Shown here in pieces: positions 12,240 to 27,200 of a stretch of 64,000 nucleotides of DNA (position 1 is its first letter; every line of letters starts with the position of its first letter). Source of the DNA: Phoronis australis (lineage: Eukaryota > Animalia > Phoronida); the NCBI GenBank assembly GCA_002633005.1, contig NMRA01000230.1, positions 59,089 through 123,088 of the forward strand. The letters are read 5' to 3'. Made by a program: the position numbers and the translations under genes. Under the pieces are notes generated by a model. The model did no database searches and had not been told where the DNA came from. It saw only the letters and a program-made list of their open reading frames with translations.

Positions 12240-15200
12240 CTACGCGTAAAGCGACGACAGACTATCCGGCCATTGTCCCCTCAAAGTGGAAAGCGTTCCC
12301 ATGGTGCCGTTCGGCAGCAGACCGTGTATCTTGATGTTCATGTAGTCCCACAGCACACGGTGGAGATACTTGTATTGATCCTGTAGGAATACAAAACATG
12401 TATATGTAGTCGCAGTTACACGTTGGGTTTTGGTTCAGTCAAGTCAATCGGCTACGACATCGGATTAGTTCTCAGTCTATGACGACGCCAGGTTGCCGAG
12501 CAATCAAATGTCGTGAGGCTTTCAGGAAATTCTTTTCCTTCAAATATTTAAGTGAACCATCCGTTATTAATATCCGTCATTGACAACGACTGGTGTTAGT
12601 AATAGGTGGTGTATGTACATTATTACACGCAGAAGTATTTGATGTCCGAAAATAAACCAAAAAGAAACTAATTGTAATGTTACCCTTGATGTTGCAAAGC
12701 ATTCTGGCTCCTACTGAGGATCTACTACTAACTCATCTCGTGAAATATTGCGATCCTCTCTACCGGTCCCCTTCACCATACACGCTAGATACGGCGGTGT
12801 CAAATGTCACTTTTCTGATTTACAATCCAACGCATTCAGAACACATCGGATATTTTCTTTGCCTAAAATTTCGCCCTTGGAGGTGAGTGTAATCTGAACG
12901 TGTTCGAAATTCAATAATACGCAAGTCACAAGACATTCAAACTGGATAATGATTGGTCGCGTGTCAATTGATCTGAGAAGAAATGCAAAATATCCGAGGT
13001 GTTCTGAATGGGTCCAAGGTCCCAGAATTGTTGTTAATGAACACTGCCAGAGGGCTATGGTGGAGATTTGAAATATTCCAATAGCAAGCAACCGCTCGAA
13101 ACTGCGGCGAGTACCGGAGTTTTCCGTAAACACTCGGTGCACAAGGTCATATTCCCTAAAAATACGCTCAGGGCGCATATCTTGGGAACATCAATAATTT
13201 TAACCTTAAAAGTCTCTGACGTTTTGGAGAAAATTGACATAAACCCTACCTTTATTAATAGAAGACTCTTAAAAATCTTTTATAGGACCAATAAATTCCT
13301 CTTACTGTATACCATGGCATTGGGTAGGATGTCCTGCGAATTTTCTATTTGATTTCTGTAACGGGCAAACGTATTTCCCTAAATGCCGTCCCTTCGAGCT
13401 AAATTGTCTAACACCTTGGCATGTTTCATTGGAATTACAAAAAGCTTAGTCTTACCAACGTGTTCACAATCTGTGGCCTTCTTCTCTTGATATCTTTCAC
13501 TGTATGGAACAAATCCACTCGCTTTTCGTACTTCATGCGCTCACATATGCAGCAAGCCGCCACATAGAGGCCGCTATGTGTCGCTCCGTCCATGCACATG
13601 CTCACGATGGGATTTCCGCTTACGGAGGCCTCTTCCGTGCCATGGCCACCGCGCATGCCCATTGTGGATTGCCATTCTTCGACCATCTCCATCAGTGCGA
13701 GCATACTAACAGCTGTTTTGGGCATTTTGTTGTATTCGGGCATAAAATTTTCATTAATTTGAAAATGTTTGACGTCTCGAGGTGACGCCTTTTTCTTTCC
13801 TTCGGGGCAGATTCGCAAATGTTTTACCGTCACACCGTCAATACTTTCGGTTGATAGCAGCACAAGAGAGAAAGAACCCATTCTATGAGCACCATTTTTG
13901 ACGGGAACATACCGCGCGCACGTGGCCTCTTTGAAAGCATTATCGTCCATCATGACAATGCTTATGACATTCTGTTGATAGACCATGTGCCAAAAATCAT
14001 TCACAGTTTCTTTGAGAGGCGTCTGCGTCATTATGAATGAGTTCTTCGCTTTGTATCCGTCGATAAAAACGGCGTTGATGTAGTCATGGGAGACATTTTT
14101 TAATACTGGACGAAATTCATCGGGAGGACACACGTTGTCGAAGCGGTTTCTGTCTACGTTCTGTTGCGTGAAAGCACAGTGGCAAGAGTCCGTGGTGAGG
14201 ACGGGGGTGAAATTTTGTAAGGTCATGAACTGTTGACGGAAGAAGGAATGTTTTGTATCCGGGTTAACCCGCGTCAGTTCTTTGTAACGCTTCTTCAACT
14301 CAAATCCAAATGACGCATCTTGAACAATGAGGCTTTCCAACAAAACGTCGTACACAAATAAATATTGTTTAAGCGTACGCACCATCGAAATACGATCGCG
14401 TCGCATGTGATTAACAAACTTCCACACATTCACCTTATTTTCCTTGTCTGTTTGTTCAAGGAGGGCGTCAACTGCAATAAAAACACCCGAGGTACTGACA
14501 CCAGTCCCGCAGTGGACCAAAATAGGTCCGTCAGAGGATTTGTGATGAGCTCGAATTTTATTCCGAAATTCAAGAAAAGGTATCGGGTTTTCTAGACAAC
14601 CCTGAATCGGCCATGCCGTGAACTGAAACTGTGTTACCAGTTTGGAGATTGACTTTGCACTTACAGACTCCATTCTAAAATTTCTGACGACAAAATTTGC
14701 GAATGTTTCCACGTCGGTCATTTCAACTAAAATATCACCATACTGCATTTTCGTGTGCTCTGGCCAATATTCAACACATTTGATGACGTCACCGTCTACG
14801 AGATTAGTTACCATGACAATCTGGGCTACGCCCTCCTGATATATCATCTGCCAAAACGCGTCGACCGTGACTTCGTTGAAGGGGCTTTGTGCCGCGATGT
14901 ACTGGTTCTCTAATTTGAATCCGTTAATGTAATTTGCATTAATGTACTTTGAGCCAGTGTAAGTCCCACTGTCAAGTATCACTGCCGAATGATCGTAAGC
15001 CAGTAAATGATTGAAGCGGTTCTTGATTTCGTTCTCTGGTCGCAATGCCGCGTCCCATTTAGCCGTCTGTCCGTGTGGCAGGTGCAGAAATTCGTCCTCG
15101 AATGTCAACGGATATTGATTGTGAGGTTTTTCAGCAGCTGGGTCTACGTATACGCCATCCACGCGAACATATCTCGGCTCGTCTTCGTTATATATTTGGG

Positions 15201-18200
15201 ACCAATGACCCAAGAACACTAAGTCAGCAGTTTCGTTGAATTTCGTCTCGTTGAACTGGTAATATTCCAACCATTCCTGAGATTTGTCACCATCAATGTA
15301 CAAAGTTTTGCCGCGTCTTCGTCTTAGGATTAAGTAAACAATCACAATGAAGAGAATTAAAATTAACAAAGCCAGGATAGGAAATGCGGTATAGTAAATG
15401 ATGGGCTGCACTCCCACAGACGGTTGAGGTGACGTCATCACGTTTTGTGATGTTTTACTATACGCATATTTCGTGAGACCTTCCAAAGTACTAACGACAG
15501 AGAAATAAGCAACATATCTGGTGTCTGGATCTAGTGCTTTGTTTTCATAAGTTCCGTAGCGTTTTCCGTCGCCCACTACGAAGGGTTCACTAAACTGGAA
15601 GGTAGTCGGAAGTTCGGCGGTTACGTAACCGGGAGGAGCATCCAAGTTTGTGGCTCGTTTTCTTCTAACCCCTGTAGTAACCTCTTCAAGTACTGTGACT
15701 ACGTACGACGAAATTACACTCCCGTCAGTAAGAGGTGCCGGGCCGAGTTGCAAAACAATACGAGAATGGTTGGAGGATTTGACAACAGGCGGGGGTGGTG
15801 CAGGAGGGTCTGACTGCTCCGTCCAAAAGGCTGCAGTTTTTGTGGAACCATAAGGATTGTTGCCGCGGAATCTGGTGCGAGCACTGAGTTGAAATATATA
15901 TTTCGTTGACGACCGGAGATTACAAATCAAATATGATGTTTTGGGATCATTGACTACCGTGGTGGTTTTGTCGGGCTCCTTTAAGTCACTCCAATGGGTC
16001 TGCACAACAGAATGCATAATCTGAAAAGACACAAGCTGACATTCACGCAACTTCACAGATTTACACTGAAAAGTTATGGAATGGTAAATTGTAATGGGGG
16101 AAACAGCAAATGTCTGAACTTGCAACGTATTAGGAAAATTCACGAATCGTACAGCCTGTTCGAAAATCCGTTAAAATGCAGAATAACTTGAAGAAAACCG
16201 AAATTGTTAAAAGGAGTGGTGATGCAAATCGACATACAGTACATCGGAAGCATGCTTTGTAAGAAAATCAAAATTCTTGCTCTAAATTCCTAACAGGGTC
16301 CAGATAAATGATCCCATAGACAGTTTTTCATACAACTCAGCTGACCCGTTTCATCTACAAACTGCAGGGATATACATGTATAGCGTAAAACAAACTCTGA
16401 GAAATTTGAAAAGATGAAACACACCTTATATCCTTGGATGATACCGTTTGGAATAACAGGAGCCTCCCACGTCAGTTGAATACACGTCATGTTGCGCATG
16501 GCAGGCAAGACGTCACCAGGAGGTCCAGGGACGCCATCTTGTGTCGTGATGGCAACGGAATCGCTGTTGTCACCTCGTCCAGCAGAGTTAACAGCTGCGA
16601 CCTAAAAATTTGTAAGATAATCTACAAGAATTGTAGGTAGCCATAAAACCTGCTGAATGTTACAAACTACTTTAGTATATTTCAATGTTAATCAAACCTA
16701 AATCGTGTGTCACTCAAGTCTCATCTGTGTCTGACATCAACACTTAGAGAAAACTTCAATAGAACAATATCCAATAATAGAAGGAAACTGTTACATGTAA
16801 GTTGATCTCCAAAAAGTGTAGTTCGTACATTTATTGGTAACATATGTATTGTCATGCTTGCTTTATAAACTCAGTGTTGCAGACAGTAGCAGGTACGCAA
16901 CTTCCATCGAAATTACATGTACCTTAAAGATCACATTTTACAAAAAGCCTGGCATACAAGCTTACATAATTTTCAATGGGCAGCATGGCGAAAAGTTTAG
17001 CATTTAGATGATTTACCGATAATCTTACACGATGATCTCTGCTACAGAACGGCAAATAGAAAACGAAATTTGACAATATGAATATTCGTGGGCGGCTCAA
17101 CCTAGGTGGCTGGGGGGCAGTTATAGTCCCTCACTTATTTCAGTGCTGCGCCTCCCTTGATCTTGTACCATCTCCAGTTATTTCCACACCAAAAGGCATA
17201 ATATTTTCACATGACTCTGCTATTACAAGATGCAAAATTACCTTGACGGTGTATGTCGTATATGGAAGGAGTGGTTGGACAGTCGCAGACGGAGATGTCG
17301 CATTGAATTCTAGGGTCGAAGATGGACTTTTTAAAAGTATGACGTAATACAACGTGACGCCATTCAAAATCAGAGGTGGCTTCCAGGAGAACGTCGCTGT
17401 ATAAGGTGTTACGAGGGTCAATTGAAGATCCTGTGGCGCTCCTGACACTGAAATTAGGTCAACATTTTTATCCAAGCTCTTCAAAATAGAGATGAGACTG
17501 ATTATATGGCTGAATAAACACATTTATGGGACAGATCTTCAACATTGTGCTCCCATTGCGCATTCAAAAACTTCAAAATAATCCCATCATAGTTACCACA
17601 TGTATATACGCGTTACTGAGAGAGAATAAAGTATTTTTTGAGACAACGGTAAATATTTCAAGACAATTGACTTTGTTTGTGTCATGCTACTTGTGCACGA
17701 GTCGGCAATTAGCGCCTATATAAGATTATGTACAGTATGAAACAAACCCTACGTTATCAGACGGTGGTAGTAAGATGGTCACCGCAAAAATAAGATGAAT
17801 TGATAACAGCTTCTGCCATACCTGTTTCTAATGTAGTTACGGAATGAGGTTTACTCCACGGTCCCGGTCCAACACGATTCACCACTCTAGCCTTGAATAT
17901 GTATTCAGTAAATACAGAGAGTCCTTCAAATGTGACCGATTTTGTGAGAGTTTGTTTGGATTTTGGTTTAATCGAAGCAGCTTCAACTGTCACTTCGTAA
18001 TGAGAAAAGTTGCCGTTGATGGTGCTGCAGTCGTAAGGATCCCAATGCAGCTCTACTTGGTTGGTTGTTACGGAGACAGTTTTCACGTTTGCGACTGCCG
18101 AGGAAGGTGCTGCAACGGACCATACATTCATTAAATAAGTTTATGGATCTGTGAGTTAACACAACGTGGCATTACCGTTGAGAAAGATCACTTTCCGAAA

Positions 18201-21200
18201 CATTTCCAAACGCGGAATCGGAACTCGCTGGCTTAGTTGAATCGCAGTATTTAACTGGTGAAACCACCAGCCTGCTTTTTAGCGAATTTCTGCCGACAAC
18301 TGCAAGAATTTCTGATTTGTAATAAAGTCAGAAAATTAAAGCTATTAACTTCAAAAAGTTTATCCTATCCAACAATCACCAAAATGTGTTCTTAGCCGTA
18401 AAAACGACAATGTCCATTTAAGACATTTGAATAAATTGCAAAGTTAAAGCAATTGTAGGAAATTGTTTCAAATGATTTACATTTAGTATTCGACACGTGA
18501 CTTTGACAGAAATTAGTAGTGCCATTTACTTATATTGACCATAACAAGGCAGCAATTGCAAATGGCCGTGTGCTTTACTTTACAAAGTCACGAAATTAAC
18601 ACCCATCATTAGCTAAGGGTTGCTGACCAATTCCCGAAAAGTCTTGATTGAAAACAAAACGGATCGGATTTTTATTTGCCGATGATTACAAAGTTATTTC
18701 CAGACTCTTTCCAAACTTTTGCAACAGCAATTGACGTTGAGTTATTCCAGAACGTCATCGAGAATGTCCACAGGAAAGCATCACGTAAAGTTAACACAAA
18801 AATATATTTACCATTTTGAAGCGTAACAACGGTTACGCGACGAATTTCGCCTTTTCCAAAACTGTTGGTCGCCAACACCGTCATTTCGTAAATAGACCAC
18901 GGATGTAGGTTTTTCAGAAATACAGTGTTACTCGAAGGGCCAATATTCAGGCTCGTCACTGGGCCCCTGGAAGATTCTCTACAGGCCAAACTGTGCAGTT
19001 TCCTGTACGTGACTTCATATCCTACGATTTGCTTGGCTGCCGGTGGAACGTCCCAACTAACCACAACACTGGACGATGATATATTGCCGACACTGGGCCC
19101 AGAGATGTTTGGAGTACCTGGAAACAAACCTGTGTTTGCACTTAACGAAACAAATTTCTATCCATATACGTGACGATTAGTTGTTTATTTCATCAGCTCG
19201 CCCACACATCCATCAACAGGCCATCGATTTCCATTACATGGGTTTATTCATTCATGCACGAAACATTTTTAGATCTATTGAAGCTTGCACAAGTACATCA
19301 TTGTTAAGTCAAGTACTTTTTCTTGAAAAGTTACCGTCAATTAGAGTCAACACCGTGTACTGGGCTCCCCAACTGCCTTCACCCACGAAGTTGACGAACT
19401 TGATCTCCAGTCCGTACTGAGTAAGTGGCAGCAAACCAGGAGTGACGTAAGAGGCAGACGACACTTCGCTCTCGTCAATAACCGAGCCATCAGCAATCTT
19501 TGTTAGTCGAGCTTTGTAAAACCGGAAACGTCCCATTTGCTGGTCACATGGAAGCTCTCTCCACGTGAACCGAATCGTGCTGCGTGACGGAAACTGGTGA
19601 GAGATGACGTTGATAGTGGCTGTTGGTGCTAAAACATACCAAATCCACTACATAACTATGAGCACCCTCATTTGTTCAAAATGAAATCAGCATATTTTCA
19701 AAACCCGCAGCAAATTTGCCACGTGACCTCACAATACATCGCATGAAGCGAGCAATGTGCCAAATGGTAGCGGTCGAGTGAAGCACTGCCTTCTTCGATA
19801 GCGGGACACTAGGAATACATTCTTCTGAACACCACCGAGTACGCTTGCTTCAAAAATATCTTAGTTGCCACAACCTTCCTAAAATGAAGCTGTTTAATCT
19901 GCAAACCGCGCATGCCCAAATAAAACGTTCTCGCTGACTCTAAGATTCAGCCGATAAAAAGAAGTCCGCATGTGATATACTATCAACCGAGTGAATCGTG
20001 GACAAACAGGGCATCACTGACAGCACAACGTTAGTAATATAGTTGTTAAAAATCTAATTCTAATATACTGATTATTTGCGATGTTGCCCTCCATTGCCCT
20101 CCCCTTCATTCGGCCCTGGATAAAAATATTAATGAATCTAAATTGACTGAGAAAATGTAAGCAAGATAAAAGCGACAAAATCTGAAATGCAAGCCATGCA
20201 AAGTTATAAGTTGCATGTTTACAGCTGTACCTTTGCCTTGTGTCACAACATCATGAACTGAGACGACACTCTGACCAACTTCGTTAAACGCAGAAACTTC
20301 TACTCTGTAAGTTGCCCAATAGTCGACTGGCGCCAACTCGTAGGTCGATGTCATATGCGACACGTTCGCGTGAGTTTTCGTTGAATTTCCTCCAGTCAGA
20401 CACGTGCCTACAGCAGTTTTGTACCAGGTTATACTGTATACGAGAACGTTCTCCCACGGCTCTGCCGTGTTGTCCCATGACAAGTGTATACTAGAGGTCG
20501 TAGCATTCAACAACACCTTCGACACTTTATTAGGTTCTAAAATAAAGAAAACAAATGTTCGCAATCGTGTGTTAATCTCCAATTCCTTCTTTATTGGACG
20601 AAATATTCAAAAAGATGGCAGAGAGTGTTATTTAATCGACGCCATTTCATATATTTTTAAAGTAAACATAAAACCAAGCACAGAATAAAAAATACATGTT
20701 CGCAGTCGTGTGATAATCTCCAATTCCTTCTTTATTTGATGAAATATTCAAAAAGATGGTAGGGACAGTTATTTAAGAGACGCCATTTCAGATATTGTTA
20801 AAGTAGACATAAAGCCAAGCTCAGAATAAAAAAATACAATCCCGCGTCATGCCAGTGTAATACAGACAACCAGGCCCAGGTCTAATCGACTGTACTCGAG
20901 ACCAATGGGTAGTTCTGTCAAGGACAATAAGCCACGTCACGTAGTCCCATAAGAGAAAAGCTAATATGGCGGAGCTCCGTTCAAATCGTACTCCCGTGGC
21001 AGCAATGAAGTTTTTACGCTGCGTTTTATTACAGTTCACTGAAACTCATATGGAGCCACATTATCAAAACGAGCCGTGAGGAACCAAACTGAATGATGCA
21101 CAACACCAAGCCTGTCATACATTACACCAGCTCACGGACACACCACGCCTCCTTCATATGGGTGTCTGGTCTATTCAATCTCACACCAGGGGCGCAGTGT

Positions 21201-24200
21201 TATTTCTTCAAATTGTTCTCTTATGTTTGGCAATAACATTAAATGTTCCGGACAGCTATTTCATACCAAGAGTCGTGTAGCCACATTAGACACTGCGTGT
21301 TTGTGTTCATGTATTTACGGATACTCAGTTTCGCACAGATATACATTTCATCCAGACGTATATTCATCTGATTGCGAAGTTTACTACACGCATTTATACG
21401 CGGTGGCCAAGTTTCCTTTGTCGATCTCTATCGTTGATCTGTATTGCTAGTGTCACAAGTCAGTACAACGTAAACTACACCATATTAACACTTTCGTTGA
21501 CAACCAATGTTTAGGGGACAAAGATGGCAGACTATCGTCGAATTTTCTCGTTTCCGTGATCTGATTGACTCGAATCATTAACTTGATTATCACCTCTGAA
21601 CTATCCATTGCAAGTTACGCTTCCAATAAACATACAAACTACTCGAATGACAAATTGCTATTGGTTGTATTTCAAGTATGAGTCCACTAATTGTAGAGTC
21701 TGAGCTAGGGAATTAGTTCTTGGACGCAAGAACATTGGATACCGATGTAATGGCGATTTGGAAAAGACAGTAATGATGTTTAAGACTATTTTAAAATACA
21801 AAGTACGCAAGAGATATGTGAATTTAACATGTCACACACTGAAATGTGTTCCCTCAGCAACTTGAGCAAACACTTAAATTGAAATCAAGTTATTGACATG
21901 GGATTAAATGGTTATCATTTTAATTATTTCATCATTATGGTATGACTGGTGTATTGCAAAACACTTTTCGCATAAGATATAGAATGGGCCATTCAGTAAG
22001 TAACATAAACGAGTCCATACATGTACCTTCTCTGAGCGTTCTGAAAGAAGCGTCGTCAGTCCATCTACCACCACCGAGCTCATTAACAATCCGTATACGA
22101 AACGCATAAACGGTAAAAGGAGTTAGTCCTGGAAGCTCCACAATATTCAGTGCGTCCGTAAGTTGAAGGACCGTCTTCGAGGTTTTGTTTTCAGCAATCA
22201 CGAATTCGTAGCCAATGAGCGGTGCTTCTGAGTCCTCACAACGCAAGCGTGTCCACGTGATTTTGACGAAGCGGCTAGTTATGCTGTGAAAGTTAATTCC
22301 GGCCACTACACGGGTAGGAGCTGAAAAGATAAAATAAAGGGAATAACTGACAGTGGGGTAGTGGTAAAATAAGAGGTAAGTAGGCACCCAAAGCCCATCG
22401 TATCACCTTGGGCACTAAACGTAATTTACGTTGAGTAAGCACTACGTTCAAATACCAAAAGGTGGTTGGCTGCGCCTACGTGCGCCTAAGCCACACTACG
22501 GCACTGATATCTAAAGAACTACATGCTGCAGTGTTTACCAGTATTTCCCTCAGCATGGTTTATGTTGTGTACGCTAGCGCCATCTATTGTAAACGTGTTA
22601 TATTAGTTTAGTAATAAAGCTATTCTAGGACCACACAGCAGTTTACTTTCGAATTTCAAAAGAATAAATGAAACGTGTTATTTTAAAACGTATAAGCGGT
22701 TCACCGTAGACATCTACAAACATAGGCTGTTTCGATTTCTTTGCCCTCTGTTGTTACAAAACACACAAAGAAAACGTTGACGGCAGCTGAATTAATTCAA
22801 ATACGTACCAGAAGGCGGCGTCGCAGCTTCTTTTTCCAAGACAGTGCTACTTCCTATACTGTTTCGAGTTCTAACCCCGACCTTGTACGTGGTCCAAGCC
22901 GACAGTGTGGAAAAAGTAAACATGACCTTTGTTGACGAAATACTCCTAAAGATTTTCTGCTGCAGCTGCGACCCACCAGTGGCACAGCTTCCAACTTTAA
23001 CCTTCGAAGCTTCTATGTCAATGAACTCAATAAGATGAGGAAGATTCGTTGGGAGTCTCCAAGTTACTTCAATCGTGAACGATGAAGTCACATTTAACTC
23101 TACGTCAGTTACGGGTGATGGCACTAGAAAAGGAAACAGCATTAGTACAGGATCTAAATCTCAGATTTCACCATCTCCTGCTTGAAGAGATTTCATTTTT
23201 GTAAAACTTGCAAACTAACTAATTTGACTTGTGTCAAAGCATTTATAAAATCCTTCCGCCATCACGACAAAAAAAGTAATCCTTCAGTGTAATAAACTGT
23301 ACGTCGAGATTATTTTAGAGGCTGACAAAACGTTGGAGATGATTAATATTACCTTGGCTAAGTGTGGTAAAAACACTTGCTGCTGACCAGGGCCCAGAAC
23401 CTGCATTGTTAATCACGCGGACTCTCACTGCATACGGTGTGAACGGCTCCAAATTAGCAACCGAGTATGACGCAGGCACTGAAGTGACATTCCTGGCTTG
23501 CCCTGTTCTGAGATTCTCTATGTGTACGTCATATCGCACGAATACACCAAGTCGCGATGGACACGGTATGCCTTGCCACGTAATGCGAGCTGAGCTTCTG
23601 GTGATGTCAGCAGTCGTCATGCTTTGAACCAATGCAGTGGGTGCTACAATATACCATGGCGATTGATTTACATGTAAGTAAATGAACGATATATTTAGTG
23701 TCTTTAAAACACCATATCTGCCCCATTCTTTACAAAACTAATGTCCACGCACACTAAGTTCGTTAAAACGTATTCACAAACAATGCTCTTTCAACTCGAC
23801 TTCAATTTTTTACAAAAATAGAATTCAACACAATGGCCGCCAAGGTTGAATCCTGTTGAACTTTAAACTCTAAAAAATCGTTAATGCTAAACGCAAATAA
23901 ATAGACTGTCGAACTTTTATTGACGAATTCTTCATACTTTTATACTACTTCCGATTCTAGCGGTAATTCTACACCTATTTTGCACTAGCTCCCATTTTTC
24001 ATTTTCAATGAATGATTACCATTTTGCAAAAAGAATGGGAACTGGAGCAAATGTTGCTTTATGACATCATCATTAAAAGTCATGTTTAAAATAGATTGAA
24101 ATGTTCTCAACGTTTACTTTTGAAGAGAAGTCCAACAAACTAGAACTTTACTTGTCGGCCATATTGTGCTGAAGATGCTAGTGAGTGTACAGGAAAGCGT

Positions 24201-27200
24201 ACCTTTAATAATGCGATGTATAGGAAAGAGTACCTTTAATAATGTGATTGAAAACTTAGAAGCCTACATGAAATGCTGAACTCCAACCAAATGGATACAT
24301 GTCGCATAACAGGCCCACCACCAATACACTAGGCAACTAACAAATTTCCATTTACTTTTATGAACTGCTTTAATTAGAAGAGATTTATTGTATGTTACAA
24401 TATTTACAAATAAAACGTAACGTTTTGAGTCTCGAAATGTTAAACTTCATTTATTTTTATGATGATTGGTTGACGATCAGTTACGCGCGAGCCTGAGTGA
24501 AAGCGCATAAGCGTAAAGAAACCGAAATTTAGATTTAACTATAAATTTAACTTCTTTCCCTCAGCTTAATACCATTTTGTTCACACAACGGATTCTGAGA
24601 ATTTTCCAAAGACTGCAGATTTTTTTTCGGCGGGGCGATAATGATCAACAAATTGTGACTCATAATCACTATTACGTCTAGGCAACAAAATTATTCTGTA
24701 CCTGATTCAGGAGTGCCTTTCTCAATAATAACTGGTTCGGAAGCCAAATGGAAACTTGAAGAAGCTATTTTAATTCGATACGTCGACCACGGCTGCAGGA
24801 ATTCTAACGTGGCATTATTTGCAGTCCCAGAAACTTGTAACAGAGACGTGTTGCGTGCGCCTACATTGACGTCACATCCTCTTGTTCCCAACCGCTGATA
24901 GGTTATGCTGTATGAGGTTATCACGTTCGATGTGTTTGGTGGTAACCAAGAAATAACAATCACGGTGTTGGAAGCGGCAATAGCCGTCATGTTTTTTACA
25001 GACGGTGGTTCTACAAACGAAGAATACAAATATTAGCGACATCAAGTCCACAAAACAAATGGACCTTCCTTTACGAATGCAAAGATATATCAGGACTGAA
25101 CATCAATTCAAATGACGCAGAGATGGTTGACCAAAGTGTCTGAAAGTATTTTAATCGTCACAAGCCAAGGACAGTGGCTCATGTCCCGTCACATGGGACA
25201 TACGTGTATATAACACATGCGCGCACCCAGGGAGGCGAAGTGAGCAAAAAGGTCCACCTCAGAGAAACAAGAAGTCCGAGAAAACGAGACAAATGTCCAC
25301 TAAAAAGGGGCAGACACACAGTGAAGGTGGTATCTCGCTTTTTTGTCAGCAAAAGGTCCACATCTCCAGAAATTCGAGCCACCCATATTAAAGGCTGGAT
25401 GCGAGCATGTGATTGGACTAAAACAAATCATTGTGTTCGGCCACAGGATTTGATCGTTAATAACAGGTGTCGGCTTTAGAGGTTTATACCATTTATTAGA
25501 TTTTGCTTCTCCGCTAACTGCTTGACTCTGACCAGCAGGTATTAATATTTAAAACAATCTTTTCTCACAGGTGACTTTTAGGTTTAAAAACCTCCCAGTA
25601 CATGCATCTACGTTCATAACCAAGGACGAGTCCTGGCAACTGCGGCAAGACAAAAGTTGCCAAATAGCTTGTCGAGACCCGTTGAACCGTGCACACAGAC
25701 TGGTGCTTAATTAGTTAAAAAGTCATTCACTTCAGCATCTCAGGGCACGATTTGTGTTAGGTTTACTTACTTTCGACAGAGGTTGTGATAAAAAATTCAT
25801 TTCCGTCTTTTCCAACGCCCCCATCTGTTTCAAACGCGACGCTGACGCCGTATCTAAAGGATGGAATCAAACCCGCAACTGCCGCGAAGTTCGTCACGAC
25901 CGTCAACCTGCGTACTACGTTTTTAAGAACATCGCGCACTGTCACGTGGTATTGTGTAAATTCTCCTTTTAAATCCTTGCATGAAGGTGACGACCAAGTG
26001 AGTTCAATCCTTCGACTTTGCACAGAAGTAAAATTTACTTCTGATATTACCAAAGTGGGAACTGAAAAAGAGAACGTTGGCGTAGCCATAACTTTGGAGC
26101 TAAAATGGTGGTGTTCAGCAACAATACACTGTATCATTATCAATATTTTAGATAATTTAAGTAGACAGCAAGCTTACGTGGATAAAAACAAAACTCAAAT
26201 TAAACATTTTACTCCTATAAAGTCGGTCTCAAAAATGGTTCAACCATAATAGTATTTTTGCTAATCAAGAATAATACAAACACATTCAACAAGTTAAGAA
26301 ACGTGTCTGAAAATTGTTAATTGACTTGGTTTGGTCCATCTTGAAATTCGAAAATGGCTCGCGGTGAATTCCATTCAAGTAGGTCAGGCACCTGTCACAG
26401 CAATAAATATCTCTCGAGGGTACATCGCAGATCAGCTGTTGGTTTTTGCAATTCCGTTAAAAACTCTAAATATACATGTATGCCTAAAATCTAGCCATAG
26501 TCACGTGTTTTTATTTAAAATACACGGCAATATCTCACGTAATCTCGCGAAGTCTTGCTTTTTAGCGACGTCCTAGCGTTACTGAACGGGAGACAGGTTT
26601 AAGTGCAGCTCGAAAGAATGCTTTAACTTGTGGAGTAACCACCATTAGACTATTAACAAGGAACATTTTTTCCTTCAACTCACCGGACGAGGATGTCAAT
26701 ACGTTGATTACCCGATGTGGCCCACTTCCCAGCTTGTTTTGCGCGCTGATAGTCAGGCGATACCTTGTCCACGGTTCAAGGTTATGAATCACATGATTAA
26801 CTGCAGACGCGTCCAACAATGTACTGTAAACGGAAGATGTGTCCAGAGCGCCACAAGTGCCCACGCCGACTTTAAGTACAGTAACGTTGTAGCTGTCTAA
26901 TATGTGCGAATATTGCGGCGCGCTCCAAGATAGTGCGATACTCTCGTTTGTAACAAGAGTGCTCTGAAGCGAAGACACTGCATAAGGAACTGAAAGGCAA
27001 AGTACCTCACTATAACGCCAAAGCAGATGCAAAAGATCTTTGACCAAAAAGGGATTGCCATATTTCCAAGACTTATCGATAACGGCTAATTATGGAAATG
27101 TTGATAGGAATGTGTAGTTGGAAAACACCGTATTCAGTGAACTACCTTCTAATGCAGTCTGTGATGAAATTGCTTCGCTCCACGATCCGGAAGACGCGTC

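Noticed and set aside
16021-16143. N-terminal 41 aa of the 902-aa ORF, suggesting a stand-alone intronless PTP gene
   Set aside because: No signal peptide. A good acceptor at 16021 joins in phase to the upstream FN3 exon, so these codons are intronic.
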